A stretch of DNA of 64,000 bases from Mayamaea pseudoterrestris. Taxonomy: Eukaryota. A model generated the notes under the pieces. The model was not told where the DNA came from and ran no database searches. It worked only from the letters and a program-made list of their open reading frames with translations. Where the stretch lies: the NCBI GenBank assembly GCA_027923505.1, contig BROI01000008.1, positions 496,001 to 560,000 on the forward strand, given 5' to 3'. A program made the position numbers and the translations under genes. The stretch's first letter is position 1; every line of letters starts with the position of its first letter. Of the stretch, positions 33,201 through 44,300 are shown piece after piece.

Positions 33201-34466
33201 GATCCACTACGAGAACTGCAAGCGAAAATAGCTATTGAGGTCGCGGCCGCCGCGAAAGCTAGAAGCAGCAGCGGTTCTGATGGTAAATACGATTTGAATG
33301 GTTCACTTCCACAAGATGCGTTGGTCGGCACGAAAGGCTATTCGGCGTTGTTGCTGAAGAACTCTCACAGCGACGTTGCACCGGCGACGAACGGGGTGCA
33401 AGACTTGGCGGCAATTACATCGACTGCGGCCAATCAAGAGAAATTTGATGTTCTCGACCAGCCTGTCGTTGGCAAATGGCCGGAGCAGAATGTTGACGTT
33501 GAAGGACCTAGCACCGGAAGGAAGCTAACTGACGATCTCCAAGAGATCAAGGATAGGATTCAGGATCTCACATGGCATCTTTTTGACGATAAAATATATG
33601 TGATAAAAAATCGGGAAGCACTTTATTTTGGGGAGGCAAAGAAGCCAGAAAAGCGGCGGACAACCCGACGAATCGACAAGGATTTGGACAAGTTAATGAA
33701 AGTCGGTCAGTATTCTCACAACAATCCCTTCGTTGCAAGAATGGGACAATACGTCGAGCCCATAATTGGTGCAGCAACTTCATTCCTCTGCTTGTTTCGT
33801 GCCAGTTTTAACGTCATGACATGGCGTGACCCACTTTTAACGTTTTGGATATCGTTGGTCAGCGGCGTCAGCGCGATCATTTTATTTGTATTCCCTTGGC
33901 GACTTTTCTTGTTTGGCTTGGGTATGTTTCTTGTCGGTCCGCACCTATGGGCACTCCGTTTGCTGCGTGAAAAGGGATACCTACCACCCGCGAAGAAAAA
34001 GAAGAAGAAACAAGAAGATGAGTTTGAAACCGGAGTTCCGTCTGGCCAACCTGTTTTTACTGCGAAGGACCGCAAATCGGGTTGTAACATGAGCAAGTCG
34101 GTCAAGTTCGACCCTCGAGAAGTGCATCGCATTGTGGTTCCTTACAGTCCTTTAATCTACAATCGCTTCTATGATTGGCCTCCTGAGCCGCAGTATGCGC
34201 AAGTGAAACGCGACGCAGTCTATGATTCGTCCATGAGACGAGCTGCTGTCTTGCTGAGTCGCAAGCCCCGAAATTTTTTACGCGCTAGGGCAGCAAGCTC
34301 CGACAATCGTACTCGTGACCATCAATGGGTTCGGCGAAGGACTTCTTCTTATGACGGCGCGCCAATGCCGGCCCTACCCGAGTCGCCAGTGGTATCTGGA
34401 CTGGGAGAAGGTATGGGCGAGAGTGACGATAACATGTGTGTTGAAATTAATAACCCACGTCGGTAG
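30294..34466 (+). CDS. PH + C2 domain multi-pass membrane protein (MCTP-like C-terminus), intronless
   Basis: PH-like LEGYLYCRKK...WKRRFVVL...EKALWLRAF; C2 GSLKVEVLQCFGLPKLD...GVFDDD...DEFAGRV; TM blocks, and FNVMTWRDPLLTFW before the C-terminal hydrophobic region. Confidence 0.8.
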   Translation: MLQSFLPSFYAETDDDQSTSDTSSVIELDDTTQHANNNEPLCLEGYLYCRKKHLGSFSWKRRFVVLSLENDGGSLTVFRLAPEDAAAFETTATTALRKVYSRPAKMAKSIQRKLSIMGGTTHVPGTDLLSSEERRAIDVQFPSSVGWVAKDIVHDGSTFMVEIPKDGKQSMVEAENDNGCGGDNYDGYDDDDNDGSDVSSLESNSVYDLSTIAESLPQHSSSSRNDDVCSGTPRTVLIESTQPVRIYFRCQKGKGSNEKALWLRAFDRLGRLSSDKYHSLLGTIANKLTYHKSRNRIRSKSNQLFARHVRQLELEDDDQVTHSEVGNLEQQASLEDVQFVHHDVEQMVHGSRASSSKNKEYRVHPRYAYPHRWMTRQEMMEEMSLTSEIFHDLRMPCNKQKEIGSLKVEVLQCFGLPKLDRTADTDGIVYLVCGSYAFATDVIPNNANPMWLRKSKRACNIPLFHAFARLYVGVFDDDTGRTKDEFAGRVVLDLARLRPGSTYDVTLPLRLSAHVYSRRRRGAIRLRLSLRWHAERDALMSYIPQRIHIPLPQNSRPNTDVSVLCSDPKAFRNIAITIHGAHLPGKFTFHQMRATIREINYTRKYIFTLLRLWIRETRHWHFPTFSAFVFLSWMHCVYANTFALVPAYIVSYFCLVLTKNYVKYSIDGPNNRGFIPPAWEELFMALIRGGDPNYHAIESLELGLQATSLSHCQAIEELGDGIVNASNSLRNTLLSIDYKAKTHVPQGKLLFRLLGLLQDSDDAFISAEDNHLEFPFADGDIKHYPPFTVKEALVGRNGADLEGRQESIDEGASAIGDRRVETNGKGEIRLIPRLPKRLEIEITDLMRKDSSGMNDRDEEEIKFNPRRAVLASGKHVIASVSRPTKRTVKDMTGAGFSIAKTAAKSSLQAATTVAKTAGEFGEMTGLHHVVTPVTSTIQTGYQGVNTLIGPVGRSGHKLLRSSLKWDGGDDPLRELQAKIAIEVAAAAKARSSSGSDGKYDLNGSLPQDALVGTKGYSALLLKNSHSDVAPATNGVQDLAAITSTAANQEKFDVLDQPVVGKWPEQNVDVEGPSTGRKLTDDLQEIKDRIQDLTWHLFDDKIYVIKNREALYFGEAKKPEKRRTTRRIDKDLDKLMKVGQYSHNNPFVARMGQYVEPIIGAATSFLCLFRASFNVMTWRDPLLTFWISLVSGVSAIILFVFPWRLFLFGLGMFLVGPHLWALRLLREKGYLPPAKKKKKKQEDEFETGVPSGQPVFTAKDRKSGCNMSKSVKFDPREVHRIVVPYSPLIYNRFYDWPPEPQYAQVKRDAVYDSSMRRAAVLLSRKPRNFLRARAASSDNRTRDHQWVRRRTSSYDGAPMPALPESPVVSGLGEGMGESDDNMCVEINNPRR

Positions 34467-34640
34467 CTACATGTTAAATAATACAAGCTACAATTAGTTT
34501 ATATCATATAGGCAATACTAGCTTTATGTACTAGTAACAACTGATTCTTTAAGGCACGTTCGCAGGATTTGAGCATGCAAGTCGACCCGTTACATGTAGA
34601 CACGTATCGAATGGCGGACTTCTGAAGATCAAATACAACT

Positions 34641-35025
34641 TTACCCGGTTCGTAGAGGAGGGCTGACAAGAACAATAATGTCACCTCTTACAAAAAGCAT
34701 TCCAATCTTTCGAGTCGCCTTCTTCGTAATCTGCTCATCCGTTTCTTCATCAATCTCAGTCGACGTTACCGTCTCTTCAACTTGCCCAAGAATCATATTC
34801 AAATGCTGATCGTAGGCCTAGCATACGGGAACATATGTATAGGAAGATGAGTTCGAGCGATCTGAAAAGTGAAGCAAGGCTCCTACGGTTCTACGGCAGC
34901 ATAGTTGTTGCACAGCATGAAAGCGAACGTACATGAAGGACACCTCGAAGTTCCCTGTCTCCGCGACATTTCACATACACTCGCTCATCAATAGATAAAC
35001 GTATCAGATCTAAAGGTTCTTCCAT
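34641..35025 (-). CDS. LSM3: Sm-like protein LSM3 (absent from the ORF track); exons 35025-34933 and 34817-34641
   Basis: Manual translation: [49 protein letters not shown]...[19 protein letters not shown]. Confidence 0.95.
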
Positions 35026-35424
35026 GATTAATCTGTGTGTGGACCAACGAAATAGGTTGTGCTGATGCTGTGATCTTGGCTGTTTGCGGCAGCAACGCCG
35101 TCTGCCAGCAATTGTTAAGTACCGGTATGACTTTTCAACAGCGCGCGCCAGCGCGCGTTTTTGGCCCTCCTCCTTGCACCTTTCCCTTTTGGCTGTGCCA
35201 AGCGACGCGAAAACAATGGCAATTAGAGTGCAAACAATAACAAACGGACCTCAGACACCTCAAAGAGTAGTAACGGCATAAGCGTCCTTCCAAAACTAGC
35301 CACGAACAACAGCTTGGAGGTAAAGCATACCGCAGAAAAACTGCCGACAGATTTGTGTGTCGTCGGTGTAGCTACCTACACCTTTTGGTAACTCAGCTTT
35401 AAGCAGCGACTGATCGCTACAACT

Positions 35425-37089
35425 ATGGCGGAGGACGAGGAAGTACCTGTTCCGTACAAATTACTGCTTCCACAAGCTCTCGTGGGTCTTGTCGATTCCA
35501 TATCATTCATGATTATTGCTCCTAGTCTCATCTTTTACGTGCTGCAACAAGGAGGGACCAAGGAGCAGTATGGTATCATTCTCAGGTATCAATAAGTCAG
35601 ATCTATCTGTATTGCTCATCGTTGGCGAAATTCTCTTACTTAATCATACAATTATCTTGCTTGCAGTGCCTTTTCGTTCTCCAGCTTCCTGCTGAAACCA
35701 GTCCTTGGCATGTGGAGCGACCGAGCCGGCAACAAGTTCCGAGCTCCCTATTTGGCCAGCATTTTCGTCGCAATGCTAGGTGGGGCACTGTATCTAATTG
35801 CATCGCTTTGGACTGGAAATGTATCCATAACCTTGATTTTACTGGGCCGCTTGTTGGGTGGAGCAGGCGCCGCCAATTCAACCTTGGGATTTACCTACAT
35901 TGCGCAAGTTATTCCCAAGGAGCACATGACCAAAGCGAACTCATTGTTATCCATGGTCAGGATCGCCGGAATGATGGTGGGGCCTGCAGTTAATGGGTTG
36001 CTGGGAAATGTGAATGCGAAGTTTTTAGGGTTGACTTTGGATCCATTTAATTCCGTCGGATTGGTACTTATTTGCAGCAACTTGCTTGGGTACTTTGTAC
36101 TCTACTTCATGCTGGAAGAACCACCTGAAGCGCAAAGGCATAGCAAAGAAATTTCTGCTGTCGCGGACAATCATCCTGGAATATTCGTGAAGGCGCTCGC
36201 GCAGATGGATATCCTAATTGCTCTGCTCGTCGTCTTTGGATTAAACGCCAACTTCCAACTATTAGAAACCGGGCTAGCGCCAGCTGCTAGCGATGCTTTG
36301 GGGTGGGTAACGACGACAATTTCGGCATTGTTTGCAGGAAACGCAGTGCTTATTCTGTTTGCCTTCATCGCGACGTTCAAGCTCTCAGCTATGGGTGTCA
36401 AGGACATACAGATGATCAAAATAGGTTTACTCATGAGTGCCATTGGCTATGGTCTCATCTATCAGTGCTGGAGGCATGATGTATCGGAGCTCGAATTTGT
36501 ATTCCCGAGTAAGTGTGACTGCAGACATTCTGCATAAGCAAGCGACATTTGCATCAATTCCTCAATCACATATTACCACTCGCTCCATTACACAGTTCTA
36601 TTTTGCACACTCTCTTATCCGTTTTTAGGCGCACCGACCAGGAGCGTTTTTACAGTCGCTGTAGCAAACAGCGAAACACTTGCCGGCCATCAAGGGACGA
36701 TGCAGGCATTAATGAGCATGACAGCAAGTGTCGCAGGTTTTGCGGCGCCGGATTTAATCGCTGCATACATATTGCGCAGTCCGGACGAAGTCGCAGACAG
36801 TGACGATGAACGTGAATTGACTTATTATGCGTTGTTTGCTCCGATCCTGAGCCTGATAACTTATTTCGGCGTTGTTTATGTCGAATTCGCATATCCCGAG
36901 GTGACGTGCAAAACCCCTGCAGAAACAGAGGTGGAGGAGCAACAAGCTTTGCTGGGAAACGCTGAAGGTGATGATGTAGATCCCGGCATGGTAGCCGATC
37001 GGCGAAACATTGTGACGCTCATGCACATTCCACAAGTTTCGTTTCACCATGACATCGATGACAAGCCATCGACGATTTCTAAAATTTAA
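35425..37089 (+). CDS. Major facilitator superfamily transporter (MFSD8-like); exons 35425-35585, 35667-36508, 36596-37089
   Basis: DSISFMIIAPSL, KPVLGMWSDR, GRLLGGAGAANSTLGFTY, GMMVGPA and multiple TM helices; the introns join in frame. Confidence 0.85.
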
Positions 37090-37153
37090 GAGCAAACTGT
37101 AACTGTGCCATTCTTTTATATCAACATGGTTATAAATGCATTAGCTATCGTCG

Positions 37154-38593
37154 TCACCGATTGCTGCTTAAATGAGCGTCAGACCCTCGAAACAATGTAC
37201 TCAGCACGTACGCTTGGCTAAGAAGCATTTCAATCTCCCTCTCTTTCCAGTCCCCTGTCTGCAGCGATTGAAAAAACCCAAAGAGCTCGTCAAACGCCAT
37301 CTCCTGCAGTTGAGCGCTAAACTGACAAACATACGCTGCACAAACATAGACATGAAAGTCCTCAAAGCCGTTTGTCTCGCTTATGTAAGTGTCCCAAAGG
37401 CGTGGAACACGATCGAGTGAAAATTCTCGAAGCAAAAGGCAATTCATCCATTTGAAGGAGAACTGCAAAAACTCGATACCTTGTTCTCTCAAATGGTCAC
37501 AGAGAGGCACATCGATGCGATTAACAAGCTCCTCAAGACGCCCCACCATGCGCTGAACACCAGGTTGGTCGCTTGTGTAGTGGTCCTGAATGTTTGCGAG
37601 TAGATTTGTCAAGCACCAGTACACGTCGGCTTCCAGTTCATCTAGACGTTCTTCACTCAAATGATGCATCACCGATCCGTCGAGAACGTCTTGGCCGTCG
37701 TAGTAGTCGGCCAAGAACACTGTCATGAATGGCGACGCAATGTCGTTGATACCTTGAACGTATGAACTGGCCGGATGGCGCATGGCAAAAATGTACAATA
37801 TCCGAGTCAGGATGCGTTTAATGCGCTCGTTGCGAAAAAGCGGAACATCGGGACATGTCCGAGGGACATCGACAATGACTTGTCGTAAAGTTTCTTGTTC
37901 CTGAAGTGTCCGCGAATTGTCGTCAATGTCGTAGTGCTGCGCCATGGCGTCCCTATACTCATTGCGCTTTCGTTCGAGAGTGGCTTTCCGGCGTTGTTTG
38001 TTGGTCGGAAGATAGCCAAGTAATATTTTCCAAGCTGTCGCTCTATAGGTCGTCGGAATGCCGTTCCAACTCAGGGATCGCAGCTCTTCCATGTTCACAA
38101 TGTCTGGTTGCACAAGAACCTTTTCAAACTGCTGGTCGCGGAACGATAGCTGTGTTTCTGCCAAATCCTTTGTGCCCGAACTATGTAAATCTGAGTCTTG
38201 ATGATGGATTTCTTGCCACGAGTCACTGAGCGTCAAGTTTTCGGGTGTGGATGACTGCCGCACCAGTTGTCGAGTGCTCCTCTTATTGCCTTGACTTCCG
38301 TTCGCGCTCAGAGTATCCTGCTGCTGGATGAAAGTGCTTTCGTCTGTCGACAGAAGTGAATCCTTAGAAGGCTGTTGCGAAACTTCTCTTCCATTTTGAT
38401 GTTGTATGGTAGTACACTCTGTAGCCGATGTGCCTTGCGAAGTGAGATCCGATGAGGCGACTTGTCCTCTTCCTCGGTCATCCAATCCAATCTGTACGCC
38501 ATGAGTGTCATCATCAACGTCATCATCATCTTCCTCGTCGTCGTCAAACCGTCTACTTCTTCTAAGAAACCCTGGAAGATTACGAGACGACAT
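37154..38593 (-). CDS. TBC-domain Rab GTPase-activating protein (TBC1D22/GYP1-like)
   Basis: LRSLSWNGIP..YR..AWKILLGYLP, QVIVDVPRT, HPASSYVQGINDI, QDHYT..QPG, FLQFSFKWMNCLLLREF, RLWDTY. Confidence 0.93.
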   Translation of the reverse strand: MSSRNLPGFLRRSRRFDDDEEDDDDVDDDTHGVQIGLDDRGRGQVASSDLTSQGTSATECTTIQHQNGREVSQQPSKDSLLSTDESTFIQQQDTLSANGSQGNKRSTRQLVRQSSTPENLTLSDSWQEIHHQDSDLHSSGTKDLAETQLSFRDQQFEKVLVQPDIVNMEELRSLSWNGIPTTYRATAWKILLGYLPTNKQRRKATLERKRNEYRDAMAQHYDIDDNSRTLQEQETLRQVIVDVPRTCPDVPLFRNERIKRILTRILYIFAMRHPASSYVQGINDIASPFMTVFLADYYDGQDVLDGSVMHHLSEERLDELEADVYWCLTNLLANIQDHYTSDQPGVQRMVGRLEELVNRIDVPLCDHLREQGIEFLQFSFKWMNCLLLREFSLDRVPRLWDTYISETNGFEDFHVYVCAAYVCQFSAQLQEMAFDELFGFFQSLQTGDWKEREIEMLLSQAYVLSTLFRGSDAHLSSNR

Positions 38594-38907
38594 GGATTTA
38601 AGATTATATATAATTACCGGTTGCTCTTTCAGCTAGCAATGTGCGCTTTCGCCATCATCACCATTGTGACTGGAAGAAATCTTGGTCCGCGCGCGGTGAT
38701 TTTGTTGAGTAATGGTGCGACAAATTAGTATCCACGATGAAACCCCTCTCCAAACCAGCTGGAATCTGTCAATTCACGATACTCGCCGCAGACACCCCAC
38801 CTTCCGAGCCGTGGCCTTGCCTCCTCCTTGGCTGCTACTTATGTACGCTATGATCTGTTGATTACGAGTATAAACATCATAGATGGCTTTGCTGTAGATA
38901 GTTAAAT

Positions 38908-40056
38908 ATGCTTCAAATTGACGCCGTGCGAAGACGCGCCGAAGGGATTCGAGGCGTCCGCGAAGTTGTACCGACCAGTGGACGCTCTCCCCAATTTGCA
39001 AGTTTTCTTGTGGGTCTGCTGGATGAGTTGCCTCCGGATGTCACCAAGCTAGCTCGCGTGACTGTTTTTACAAGTGGAACGATTAGTATAAGCCGGGTAC
39101 TGCTTGGTCAAGTCCGACAGACTTTTCGGCGGAATGTATCGGAGTTGGACGCCGTCGAAAAGATTCTTCGCGACCCTCCAGTGTTGACTGCCATTGACCA
39201 TTCACTCGTCCTTAATGACGACAATCATACTATTCGTTCCAAAATTGAACTAGCTGATATAGGGCTTGCCATTCTGCAAGGAGAAAAGGAAAAGCTGGAG
39301 AGCCTCCGCTCCAGTATTCTTCAGCGGACAGCACCGGACAAGGAAGAGTCGAGCAAGATGGAAAAGAAACAACCCAACGTCGGTTTGGATCTTACGCAAG
39401 GAATGGAGTTCCAATTTTCACTACCAGCCTCGAGCATGAAGCATGTTGATCAATGTTTGAGCGACATTAGCTCCATGAACAAGCTTGTAAAGAAGATTGC
39501 CACCAACGGCAAGTCCACCGTCTTTCTTTACGGAAACGGCGGCGTCGCTTATACTCCACTAATACCACGACCGCTTTATCAGAAGCTGTCGCAGCTGCGC
39601 AACTCTCGAATGGATTCGCGACCGGTATATGTGGCACTCGGCTCGCGCGATCGATTCTTTTGCGCGTTTTACGATGGATCATTCACCTTGAAAGGACCAA
39701 AAGAGTTGGATAAGGAGCTGAAGCAATGCCTCAAGCCGCCGCGATCGGTTGCCTTTGCCAACGCGTGGGATTCATACTTTGTTGTGCTTGACAACGGGGA
39801 ATGGAAGTATCACGGGCGATCGATTCCAGTAGGCTTGAAGGAAAAGCTCCATGAACGAAAGGGAAAGACCGATTTGGTGTGTGTCAACCTTGGACCAAGC
39901 GGTGAGTGGTTCTTAAAAGCTGAGAATGGTAGAATGTGGTGGGGTGGTGTGTCGAAGGATACCGACAAGGCCATTATGGATCTACTGGACGATGGCCATG
40001 CAATACACATGCTGGACTTTGGCGATGATGGATCCTACTTTGTAAGTTACGATTAA
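38908..40056 (+). CDS. Hypothetical protein with ~5 C-terminal ~40-aa beta-rich repeats (5' end uncertain)
   Basis: 382-aa ORF with repeated V-x-(L/F)G-x2-3-(Y/W/F)F-x4-G units. A possible upstream exon from 38713 could not be spliced confidently. Confidence 0.65.
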   Translation: MLQIDAVRRRAEGIRGVREVVPTSGRSPQFASFLVGLLDELPPDVTKLARVTVFTSGTISISRVLLGQVRQTFRRNVSELDAVEKILRDPPVLTAIDHSLVLNDDNHTIRSKIELADIGLAILQGEKEKLESLRSSILQRTAPDKEESSKMEKKQPNVGLDLTQGMEFQFSLPASSMKHVDQCLSDISSMNKLVKKIATNGKSTVFLYGNGGVAYTPLIPRPLYQKLSQLRNSRMDSRPVYVALGSRDRFFCAFYDGSFTLKGPKELDKELKQCLKPPRSVAFANAWDSYFVVLDNGEWKYHGRSIPVGLKEKLHERKGKTDLVCVNLGPSGEWFLKAENGRMWWGGVSKDTDKAIMDLLDDGHAIHMLDFGDDGSYFVSYD

Positions 40057-40096
40057 ATCATGCTAAGACGTAAATGAAACTTACTCGTATTGTATG

Positions 40097-41122
40097 CTAG
40101 ATAAGTGATTCTTGGAGCGCCTGGGTGTCCAAAGCTTGACGCTTCTCGTCAGGTCGTTCGGTGTTATCCGACTCTTGTGGCGGCGGTCGTTTCTTCGTAG
40201 CATTCACGGCAAGGGCGAGAATGGCGTCAATACATTTGCAAACCTTTTCCTTAGCAAGATTAATATGCTCCTCCTTTACATCGTCTTCCATTAACAACCC
40301 ACCAATAAAGTGCTCAATGGCAAGTATTAGCTCGTTCTTCACCCGCAGCCCTTCTGTCGCGGAACGATCCGCCTCCACCTCGGCGTTTCCTGGGCTAGGT
40401 ATACCTGACAGCATCTGCTTCAAATTTTCCAATCCACTCTGTTTTAAACCCGTCTTGTGCTTTAAAGAAGATAGTTCCTTCTCCAAACCATCGCGGTCGG
40501 CCCGACAAGATGCTAAAACTTGTTCCATTTCCTTCATCGTTTGCTTGTGTGTCAGACTTGCTTCCTGCGCCAGCTGGGTAGATACAGCTTGCTCCTGCTT
40601 CAACATCTTGCACAAATCCTGCAGCTCTTGAGCGTGGCGCTCCTTGGAAATGACCCGAGCCTGCCACGAGTCACACTCCTTCAAAGCTGTCTCGCGCGCA
40701 TCAACTAAACTTTTTCGTTCGGCGTCCCATTCCTGCTGCTTCGCCTGCTGTTCCTCTTGCTGCTTCCGAATCGTTTCCTTGAGCTGTTGAATCTCGAGTT
40801 GCAGTGGGTCCTTCGATGCTTCCGAAGTGGCAAGCTGTTCAGCTACTTGAGTGTTATGCTCGGTAAGCTGAACGAACGCTTGGTTCAAGCTATGTCGAAG
40901 CTTCTTTTCGTTCTCATTGGCCTGTGTCGCATCTCTTAATTGTGTCTCCAGTTGTTCGATGCGTGCTAGCAATGCTTCCTTTGCGCCATCGTTGAACTGC
41001 TGCTGGTCCGGCGCGTCCGTGATGGTGGTGGAATCTTCTTTGTCGTCGGCGGTCGAACGAAACAGCATGTCCTTGAGGGCCGTTAAGCTTCGGAAAAATG
41101 GGTCTTCGTCGTTGACATTCAT
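40097..41122 (-). CDS. Hypothetical coiled-coil protein
   Basis: 341-aa ORF rich in E/Q/K/L heptads. Confidence 0.65.
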   Translation of the reverse strand: MNVNDEDPFFRSLTALKDMLFRSTADDKEDSTTITDAPDQQQFNDGAKEALLARIEQLETQLRDATQANENEKKLRHSLNQAFVQLTEHNTQVAEQLATSEASKDPLQLEIQQLKETIRKQQEEQQAKQQEWDAERKSLVDARETALKECDSWQARVISKERHAQELQDLCKMLKQEQAVSTQLAQEASLTHKQTMKEMEQVLASCRADRDGLEKELSSLKHKTGLKQSGLENLKQMLSGIPSPGNAEVEADRSATEGLRVKNELILAIEHFIGGLLMEDDVKEEHINLAKEKVCKCIDAILALAVNATKKRPPPQESDNTERPDEKRQALDTQALQESLI

Positions 41123-41390
41123 GCTTGATGTTTACAGTAGTAGATGTATAGGTGTTAAGATTGAGATTTGGCGCAGCTCTTGCTGAAAGACGTGGAGATT
41201 GTCATGGTGAATGCTGTGACTACCGTACTGGATCTTGTGGCAGCTGATGTCTTTTTCATCTACGCTGAACACCGGTGAGACGCTTTCAGCCACCGCGCCA
41301 TCGCGCCATCGCGCCACGCAACGCGCTAACACTGAATCCATTGGCAAAGTAGAACTACCCTAGTACTAGTAGCACTACAATCTAATCATC

Positions 41391-44300
41391 ATGGCATCGC
41401 CGCTTGCATCTAGAGACGATAGCCAGCTAGTCTGGGTGAAAAGCTGGGATGCCAAGATTCCTCCACCGATCACGTCATTCAAGGTAAAGGAAAAGCGCCG
41501 AGTTGTGGAGTGCTAGCTGCAAGAGGATCTTGCATATTACTCAGTGTGACAACAACAATTACTTACGATACTTTTGACGATTTAGGGAAAGGTGGTTCCG
41601 AGACTATTTTTGAGAAGCAGCCGTCGTCGGAAGATTGCTATTGAAGTACATCGGATCTATTCGTCTGCTCCTCCGAACCAGACAACCCAACCACCGGACT
41701 CATCGACGCCAGCATTTTATGAGCAATGTGTTGTTAGAATTCTTGTGCCAGATACAAAAGCAACACGGATTGTCAATGAAACAATCAACACTCGAGAGAA
41801 TGGACAGGATGAGTCGGAAACTGATGAATCCACCATCTTGCCGCAAGAATTTATTGATACGGAAGCGGAACTTCCTTCGGATCATCACGATGGGTGGAAA
41901 GCCAAGTATAGATTTCCGATTAGATCCATTTCTATTACAAACTCGCACAAGAATGTTGTTAGCGTTTACATAGTGCTGGGACGTGTGAGGCAGCACCGCG
42001 AACTCTACTTCGCAACCGATGAAGACGCGCAGGAATTTGCACAAGCCCTACAGGCGCAGCTCGATCAGGAGCCGGATAGAACCGAAAACAAACTTGCAGT
42101 CACCGCCAGGGGTGTTACTTTGAATGAGGATGAATCTATCACGTTGCTTGTGGAAATTTGCGGAGCGAGAAACCTCTTGGCAGGTGACAAACACACTTCG
42201 GATCCATACGTGCAGGTGTTGTTTGACGGTATTGAGATTCATCGCACCGACTACATTTCTAGGAAGTGAGTTGCCTTTATTGTTTGCTGAGTGATTGTGG
42301 ATGCGTTTTGCCGTGCTGACGTTTGTTCTCATTCTAATGCCAGCCTCAATCCCATTTGGACGGTAAAAACCAATTCGCTCTTTTTGTGGACAGTCAACTC
42401 GAGAGATCTCTTCATGAGCGAAGGGTTGCTTTGCGTTGTCTTTGACTTTGACCAAGTGGGTAGTCACGAGAATCTTGGTCAGACTTATGTATCGCCCAAA
42501 TTTCTGTATGCGACATCGGAGGAGCGCACCGAGCAGTCGCTCAAGCATCCACACAATGGCGACGCTGGTACTGCTGCAGGGTTTTTGGCGGTCCGTTGCC
42601 GACGAGCAACAGACTACGACAAACATTTTATGCAAGAACTTGCAGAGAAGCGCAAGAAGGAAAAAAGAGAGGAGGCAATGCCTGAATTGCAAAAGCTCAA
42701 GGATTTGACCAAACTCGCAACGGAATCGACCGGAGGAAGTGGCAACTTTGCATCCATAATTGCTAGGCGATCCAAGGTGGTCAGGAGCGCCGAGCATCCA
42801 GAAGGAGTAAAAGTGGTACGATTTGTTACGCGCGTTGATTCTTTATTCATCTAGCGAACTGATGCGTCTAACGGTGCATATAATTAATTACTAGTATAAG
42901 GTTAGACCGGGGCCCGACCCTGTTCGCCCAAAAGAGACCATTTGGCTTTCGAAGGAACAGCTGCGCGACGAAAGCTTGAAGGAGTCACACTTGTGGATTG
43001 ATAGTGGGAGCGGGCATTTGGGAAATTTGTTTGTTGAGGTGATTGCGTGCGACGACCTCCCTAACATGGACACGGGTGGCTTTGTAGGCAACAAGACTGG
43101 TATGTGCACTCGCGTTGTCAAGGTGCACTGGCTTGAACTGTTTGTGTCTTATTCGCTGCTTCGTTGCATAAGATGCTTTTGTTTCCGTAGTGTTTGAAGA
43201 CAGTTTTGTGACGACGGATGTCGTCGGTGACTGCTTGGCTCCTCGCTGGATGCCTTGGACAAAGCGCGCCTTTATGTTTCGTATGATGCACAGCAGTAGC
43301 CAGCTCTTTCTCGGAGTTTTCGATTACGACCTAAGCTTCAATCCGGCGGATGGTCATGACTTTATAGGTCGTGTTTCCATCGACCTTTCAAATTTGCGGA
43401 AAGACACGACATATATATTGACTTACAACCTGTACACGTCGGCGCGGATGTCGCAGCGAAAGAAGCGGGGCACTGTAACGTTACGCCTTCGCCTAGAGAT
43501 TGACGATGATCGGCAGCTTCTCTTGTCAAGCTTGGATCCTCCGCCGCAGATACGGGTCAACACAAAATCTTGGAAGGATCATCATGTTGTTCGATGTACT
43601 TGCACTGGAAAGACTGACATGAACAAATACAGCATGCAAATCATAAATTCGTACGTACCTCTTTCTTTCTGACAACTCTTACTTTTGCGGTTCGAACTCA
43701 CGCTATTTTCCTTCGCCATGGCAGATATGTTGAAGAGCTCCTGGCTTTGCAGCAAGCTGGGTTCTATATGCGGGACGCGGCTGTAAGTCTATTTCTATGG
43801 CGCTGCACTTCACCGATAAAATTATTGGGACGATCCATCGCACTACCTGTCCATTCAATAACGGCATTTATATTATCAGCGCTGGTCGTTGAGCGTCCTC
43901 AGTTGTTCCCTTCGTTCGTTCTTTTTGGTATCGCGTGGCTGCTTTTGGCGTCTATGGAATATCGACGCCATCTGCCGGATCTATGGAGTCGGTGCAAGTC
44001 ATATAAAGAACTTGCGGGCTGCTTGATATTTGGGGAAAGCCGAGCCGCTCCCGAGTTAATTGCACCATATACGAACAGTAGTGCTGCCGAAGCCTTCATG
44101 ATTCAATGGCAGAAACGGATTGCTGACGTCGAGGACGCCGCGTCGCGGGACTACGAGCAAGACTTTAATCAAGCCGATGATGATACCGACGCGCTGCCAG
44201 GTCCCCGCCCACCGTCTTTGGCGCCTCCAAAGCGAGCTGGGGGGATTTCGCTCGACCCTTTTCGCCCTATCCTGTTTCCGGTGAGTGGCTTGCAAAATGC

